24,000 nt of DNA from an uncultured Ureaplasma sp. GTDB lineage: Bacteria > Bacillota_I > Bacilli_A > Mycoplasmatales > Mycoplasmoidaceae. The position numbers were made by a program, and so were the translations under genes. Each line of letters starts with the position of its first letter. Position 1 is the first letter of the stretch. Positions 20,117-24,000 of the stretch are shown here, one piece after another. The stretch lies in NCBI GenBank assembly GCA_902800015.1, contig CADCCU010000002.1, forward strand, positions 68,650 through 92,649, read 5' to 3'. The notes under the pieces are model-generated. The model searched no databases. It worked only from the letters and a program-made list of their open reading frames with translations, and was not told the DNA's origin.

Positions 20117-20785
20117 ATGCAAACAACAGATCATGAACTTATTTATTTAATTCGTAGTGAATCACTACAAAGTGCATTTAAAATCTTATTTTCACGATAT
20201 TTCAATAATTTAGTAAAAGCAACAATGAATTACTATTTTAGAACTTTTAGAACAAGTTTTAGTCTAGAATATGATGAAATTAAATCAATATGCTATAGTA
20301 ATTTTTTACGAATCATCAATGAATTTGACTTAAAAACTAATAAATTTAATTTTAAACAATACTTATTTATTGTTAATCGTTCACGAGTACGTGATCTTAT
20401 ATATAAGCAAATACACAAACTAGGTAACAAAACACTAACTAATAGTTATTCATTAGACAGATTAAACCCTAAGCTTGTAGATTGAATTTGTCGAACAAAT
20501 AATGAAACATCATTAAAATTAAGAATATTAATCAAGGAGATTCTTAAATATATAGAAACAATTATCAATAAAATCCTTAATGATAATGAATTAAAACTAT
20601 TTAAATTATGATTTAATGGTTGCAGTATAAAATCTATGTGTCAGATAACAAACTTAGAATGTAATAAGATCAATAATATTATTAAAAATGCAACATATAA
20701 AATTAATAAGGCTATCATTTTTAAATTTAATTTAGGTTTTAACAAACTACCGGGTAATTTTTGTAAACAAATTCAAATATATTAA
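20117..20785 (+). CDS. Small sigma-70 family (ECF/ComX-like) RNA polymerase sigma factor, 222 aa
   Basis: The N-terminus DHELIYLIRSESLQSAFKILFSRYFNNLV has an ECF-style region 2 opening. INEFDLKTNKFNFKQYLFIVNRSRVRDLIYKQ resembles region 2.1-2.2 (FD..kg.kFstYl...ir..i.d). LNDNELKLFKLWFNGCSIKSMCQITNLECNKINNIIKNATYKINK resembles the region 4 HTH. Two TGA-Trp codons lie in frame. The gene ends at TAA 20783-20785. Confidence 0.6.
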
Positions 20786-21148
20786 ATTAAACTTAATTCA
20801 TCCATATTTTTATATCTATATTACAATCACCAATAATTTTATCCTAAATTATTTTCAGCAGCAAGATACTAAATCCATATATTTAGAAGCATATATCATT
20901 AACCGTTGCCATAAATTTCCTACAACAAGTTTAGGTGAAAATTATTATAAGTCTATATTTATTGTTGTTCAACATCAAATTAATTGGAGTTCACTATATA
21001 AGTAGTAACTACAAAATACTTACTTTGGTTCTTAAATAAATGTGTTCGTTGATTCTAATACATCCTATTATAATGGTGTAGTATTTTGATTTCCTATCAT
21101 ATTTAACCAAATAGTCTTTTTAGTTAAATCATTGATACATATAAGAAA

Positions 21149-21176
21149 AAAGTAACTAAAATATTTTAGTTACTTT
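21149..21176. terminator. Perfect 28-bp palindrome; probable bidirectional intrinsic terminator (or operator)
   Basis: AAAGTAACTAAAAT|ATTTTAGTTACTTT is flanked by an A-run on the left and TTGATTTT on the right. It sits in the 510-bp non-coding gap, about 120 bp upstream of the lipoprotein start. Confidence 0.45.
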
Positions 21177-21281
21177 GATTTTACATAACGCTTTTAGTGT
21201 AAATTTCACCTTTAAATATATACATATAAAAACTTATTAAGTTTTATTCATTTTTTGTAAAATAGTTTTTTTATGGTAATG

Positions 21282-21298
21282 TATATATATATATATAT
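21282..21298. repeat. (TA)8.5 dinucleotide microsatellite abutting the lipoprotein start codon
   Basis: TATATATATATATATAT spans 21282-21298. Its last two bases are the AT of the ATG at 21297-21299. Two further in-frame ATGs (21273, 21279) lie just upstream. Confidence 0.9.
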
Positions 21299-22394
21299 GA
21301 AAACGACACAAATATTAAAATCAATATTAATTCCTATATTAGGAATCTCAGCAATTAGCACAATTGCTGCTGTATCTACAAGCTGTAGTTATGATTTATC
21401 TCGTGTTACAAGTGTTTCATTAAATAAAGCTTCTTTAACTTTAGGTATAAGTCAGACTGAAACTTTAATTGCAACTGTTTTACCAGAAAACGCAACTGAT
21501 AAAACAGTTACATGAACTTCAAGTGATACAAGTGTTGCTACAGTTTCAAACGGTACAATCACGGCTGTAGGATTTGGAGCAACAACTATTACTGTTACAA
21601 CAAATGATAGTAGATTAACTGCAACATGTGAAGTTAATGTAAATGGTCTTAGTGGATATATTGGTGTTACTGCTAATGCTGACTCAACATTAACTTTAGA
21701 TAATTCTGGTGGTAACAATCCAAATTTACAATATTCAACTGATGGTAAAAGCTGATCTACATATAGCTCAGAATTAAATATTAACCAAGGTCAGAAATTA
21801 TACCTAAAAGGTAATAACCCTACTGGTTGGTCATCATCAGGTTCAATTTATTCAAATTTATCTATTAAAGGTAATGTATCTGTCTCAGGAAATGTTATGG
21901 CATTATTGGATAATGCAGCAAAGTCAGGAGAAGAAGGCGATATCACTGACATCCCATGCAATTATTGTTTCTATGATCTATTTAGAGACTCAACTGGAAT
22001 AACAAGTGTTAGTGAAGATTTCTTACCTGCAACAACTTTGGCAGAAAATTGTTATTATGGTATGTTTAATAATTGTACAGCTTTAACTACTGCACCTGAG
22101 TTACCTGCGACAACTTTAACAACATATTGTTATCGTAATATGTTTTCTGGTTGTTCATCTTTAACTACTGCACCTGAACTACCAGCAACAGCTTTGGCAG
22201 ATTATTGTTATAGATTTATGTTTTATGAATGTTCATCATTAAATTCAATTAAAATTAGTTATATAGATGATTACAATGATACTTACTTTAGAAGTTGAGC
22301 ATCTGGTGTTGCTAGTTCCGGTACATTCTATTATAACGGTAGTCAAACTGCACAAGATTTTTGATTAAATGGTTGAACAACAAAAAAATTCTAA
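21297..22394 (+). CDS. Surface lipoprotein with a Big_2 (bacterial Ig-like) domain and BspA-type leucine-rich repeats
   Basis: The signal peptide plus lipobox is MKTTQILKSILIPILGISAISTIAAVSTS|C. The Big_2 pattern is VTSVSLNKASLTLGISQTETLIATVLPENATDKTVTWTSSDTSVATVSNGTITAVGFGATTITVTT. Three 26-aa repeats follow (LPATTLxxxCYxxMFxxCxxLTTAPE). The track ORFs 21273-21515 and 21897-22298 are in frame through TGA codons. The gene ends at TAA 22392-22394. Length is 365 aa. Confidence 0.8.
22023..22256 (+). repeat. Three tandem 78-nt (26-aa) LRR units within the lipoprotein gene
   Basis: The units start at 22023, 22101 and 22179. The block CTTTAACTACTGCACCTGA recurs at 22081 and 22159, an exact 78-nt offset. 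Confidence 0.7.
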
Positions 22395-22407
22395 TTAAAA
22401 AATAAAA

Positions 22408-22434
22408 TTAGCACTCTTTTTGTTAAAGTGCTAA
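22408..22434. promoter_or_regulatory. Second CIRCE (HrcA operator), upstream of the 22483 gene; also forms the terminator hairpin of the lipoprotein gene
   Basis: The sequence is TTAGCACTC-N9-AAGTGCTAA (9/9 and 8/9 to consensus). A T7 run follows, then TATAAT 8 nt downstream. This is the same 8-nt CIRCE-to-(-10) spacing as at dnaJ. Confidence 0.75.
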
Positions 22435-22442
22435 TTTTTTTG

Positions 22443-22448
22443 TATAAT
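22443..22448 (+). promoter_or_regulatory. Putative -10 box (TATAAT) for the 22483 operon
   Basis: TGTATAAT lies at 22441-22448. The AGGAG RBS is at 22472-22476 and the ATG at 22483. Confidence 0.5.
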
Positions 22449-22482
22449 GTTTTTATGAGAAAATAAAAACAGGAGATAAAAT

Positions 22483-23118
22483 ATGGAAAAACTAAAATCA
22501 AAAATTAAAAGAAATAGTGAAATTGATTACAATCAAGAATTTGAAATTACACAATTACATGCTGATAAGGCTTTTATTGAATATCAAAAAAGTAAATTCA
22601 AAGAAATTATGCCTAATGCATCTGAAACAGAAATTGAAAAACAAATAACAAATCTTGTTGCTAGAAATAATTCTGTTGATCTAATAATTGATGGCATATA
22701 CAAATATTTTGATATTACAATTGATGACGGTGATGTTAAAGCATTTGCTGATCGCATTAAAAACAATGTACTAAATGATAAACAAGGCAATATATCAAAT
22801 GATACTATGAAAAAAATGGTAGCTGATGATAAGACTCTTCAAAATATTGCTGTTTCAACATTAAAACGTAATTTATTATTTAATGAATTAGCAACTCTTT
22901 GAGACATTCGTATTACTGATGAAGATGTTAAAAAATCATTAGATAACTATTATCAAAAAACTAATATGCCAATTCGTGATATTTTAAATGATAAAAATAA
23001 ATTCGAAAGTGTACGTCAAATTATGTTAAATGAACGAATTAGTATTGAATTGCTACGTCGATTCAAAGTTAACTTTAACTTTCCAAAAAAACCAGATGAT
23101 AAAAAGAATAGCAATTAA
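22483..23118 (+). CDS. Hypothetical protein, 211 aa; possible stand-alone trigger-factor C-terminal / SurA-N-like chaperone domain
   Basis: The frame extends through TGA 22900 to TAA 23116-23118. The all-helical, charged sequence ends ...ITDEDVKKSLDNYYQKTNMPIRDILNDKNKFESVRQIMLNERISIELLRRFKV. That tail resembles the C-terminal arm region of trigger factor. There is no GFRxGxxP ribosome-binding motif and no PPIase domain. The family call is by eye only. Confidence 0.55.
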
Positions 23119-24000
23119 TAGTTTAAACCAAAGCAAACAAATAGCTAAATTACTAAAAACAAAGAAATTTGCAGCTATTGTTCAAACAGATACAGTTATG
23201 GGTTTAATTTCATTAAACCCAAAGCTTATATATGAAATAAAGCAACGTCCAAGCAATAAAAAATTGATTTTTTTTGTTAACAATATCAATCAAGTTAAAG
23301 GATTAAATCAACATGAAAAAAATGTTATATCTCAATATTGGCCTGGAGGTTTAACTGTTATCAAAAATGGTATTTCCTACCGTATGCCTGATAATAAAAA
23401 TTTATTATCATTAATAAAACTAACTGGTCCGTTATATTCATCAAGCGCTAATATTTCCGGCAACAATCCAATAACTGATACAACACAAGCTATTAAAGAA
23501 TTTAACAAATCTTTAAATAATTTGTTGATTATTAAAGGCAAAACTGAATCAAATATTCCTTCAACAATAATTGATTTAGATAATTTTAGAATAATTAGAG
23601 AAGGCAAATATCAAGGTAAAGCAATTATGAAACAATTAAAACCATTAATTTACATTGGTGCTGATCATGCTGGTTTTTTAATGAAGCAACAAATTATTGC
23701 TAAGCTTAGCAATAAGTACAACTTTAAAGATTTAGGAACTAATAATAACACAAAATCTGTTGATTACCCTATCTATGCTTTTAAAGTTGCTGATGCTGTT
23801 ATTAAAACTCCTAATGCTATTGGTATATTAGTTTGTGGCACAGGATATGGTATGTGTATTGCCGCTAATAAAGTCAAAGGAATAAGAGCAATATGTTTAT
23901 ATGACTATAAATTAGCAAGTTTAGCAAAAGAACACAATGACTGTAATGTTATTACATTAAGTGGAAGATTTAATAAATTAGAAAATAATATTAAAATTAT
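23096..24000 (+). CDS. Fusion ORF: TsaC/YrdC-domain (threonylcarbamoyl-AMP synthase) plus ribose-5-phosphate isomerase B (partial; runs off the window end)
   Basis: The N-terminal half has YrdC motifs (QTDTVMGL, EIKQRPSNKKLIFFV, YWPGGLTV, LYSSSANISG, IPSTIIDL). From about 23627 the sequence is RpiB/LacAB (IYIGADHAGFLMKQQI...DYPIYAFKVADAV...GILVCGTGYGMCIAANKVKGIRAI...EHNDCNVITLSGR). I read codon by codon from 23096 to 24000 and found no stop between the two halves. The ORF overlaps the upstream gene by 23 nt. Confidence 0.75.
   Translation, partial: MIKRIAINSLNQSKQIAKLLKTKKFAAIVQTDTVMGLISLNPKLIYEIKQRPSNKKLIFFVNNINQVKGLNQHEKNVISQYWPGGLTVIKNGISYRMPDNKNLLSLIKLTGPLYSSSANISGNNPITDTTQAIKEFNKSLNNLLIIKGKTESNIPSTIIDLDNFRIIREGKYQGKAIMKQLKPLIYIGADHAGFLMKQQIIAKLSNKYNFKDLGTNNNTKSVDYPIYAFKVADAVIKTPNAIGILVCGTGYGMCIAANKVKGIRAICLYDYKLASLAKEHNDCNVITLSGRFNKLENNIKI

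Noticed and set aside
20786-21296. Possibility that the 510-bp gap encodes tmRNA, RNase P RNA or SRP RNA
   Set aside because: There is no GGGG...ACCA tRNA-like ends or tag reading frame (tmRNA). There is no GAGGAAAGTCC-type conserved core (RNase P). There is no GC-rich helix that would fit SRP RNA. The region is almost pure AT.
21452-23607. Track ORFs 21452-21718(-), 22584-22790(-) and 23377-23607(-)
   Set aside because: Each is antisense to a better-supported plus-strand gene (the Big_2 lipoprotein, the 211-aa ORF, and the TsaC domain). None has an RBS or a recognisable domain.
1-24000. Search for CRISPR arrays, IS/transposase genes, integrases, restriction-modification, toxin-antitoxin or other defence systems
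   Set aside because: I saw no spaced direct-repeat arrays, terminal inverted repeats or transposase/integrase-like translations in any frame. All sizeable ORFs are accounted for by housekeeping genes or by the few accessory genes listed.

Overview
The window is a very AT-rich Mollicutes (Mycoplasma-type) chromosomal segment read with genetic code 4 (TGA = Trp). The supplied standard-code ORF track splits at least 15 genes at TGA, and in every case I checked the fragments rejoin in one frame with no TAA or TAG between them. Species was not determined.

Most of the content is core housekeeping, in this order:
- Minus strand, 1-4887: a partial membrane protein, then smpB, rnr, secG, deoC and deoD.
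- 4948-5989: ppa on the plus strand, then a 145-aa hypothetical on the minus strand.
- Plus strand, 6156-10136: the dcw cluster mraZ, rsmH, a divergent ftsA-like gene, and ftsZ.
- Minus strand, 10133-11945: grpE and dnaJ, preceded by a CIRCE operator.
- Plus strand, 12047-20051: secDF, apt, tRNA-Thr, tRNA-Gln, rpsP, trmD, rplS and valS.

The last 4 kb (20.1-24.0 kb) is the least ordinary part. It holds:
- a small sigma-70/ECF-like sigma factor;
- a 510-bp non-coding gap containing a perfect 28-bp palindrome;
- a Big_2 + BspA-type LRR lipoprotein whose start codon abuts a (TA)8.5 microsatellite;
- a second CIRCE operator in front of an uncharacterised chaperone-like 211-aa gene;
- an in-frame TsaC(YrdC)-RpiB fusion ORF.

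Other points worth a second look:
- dnaJ appears to be interrupted inside the J-domain by a deletion of about 11 codons plus a frameshift.
- A three-box MraZ operator sits between the mraZ -10 element and its start codon.
- The nucleotide-binding motifs of FtsZ and the FtsA-like protein are degenerate.
- Several genes look leaderless.

I found no CRISPR array, IS element, prophage, rRNA or recognisable defence system. I do not see convincing evidence for a wholly new multi-gene system. The best candidates for novelty are regulatory or architectural and are listed in the findings.
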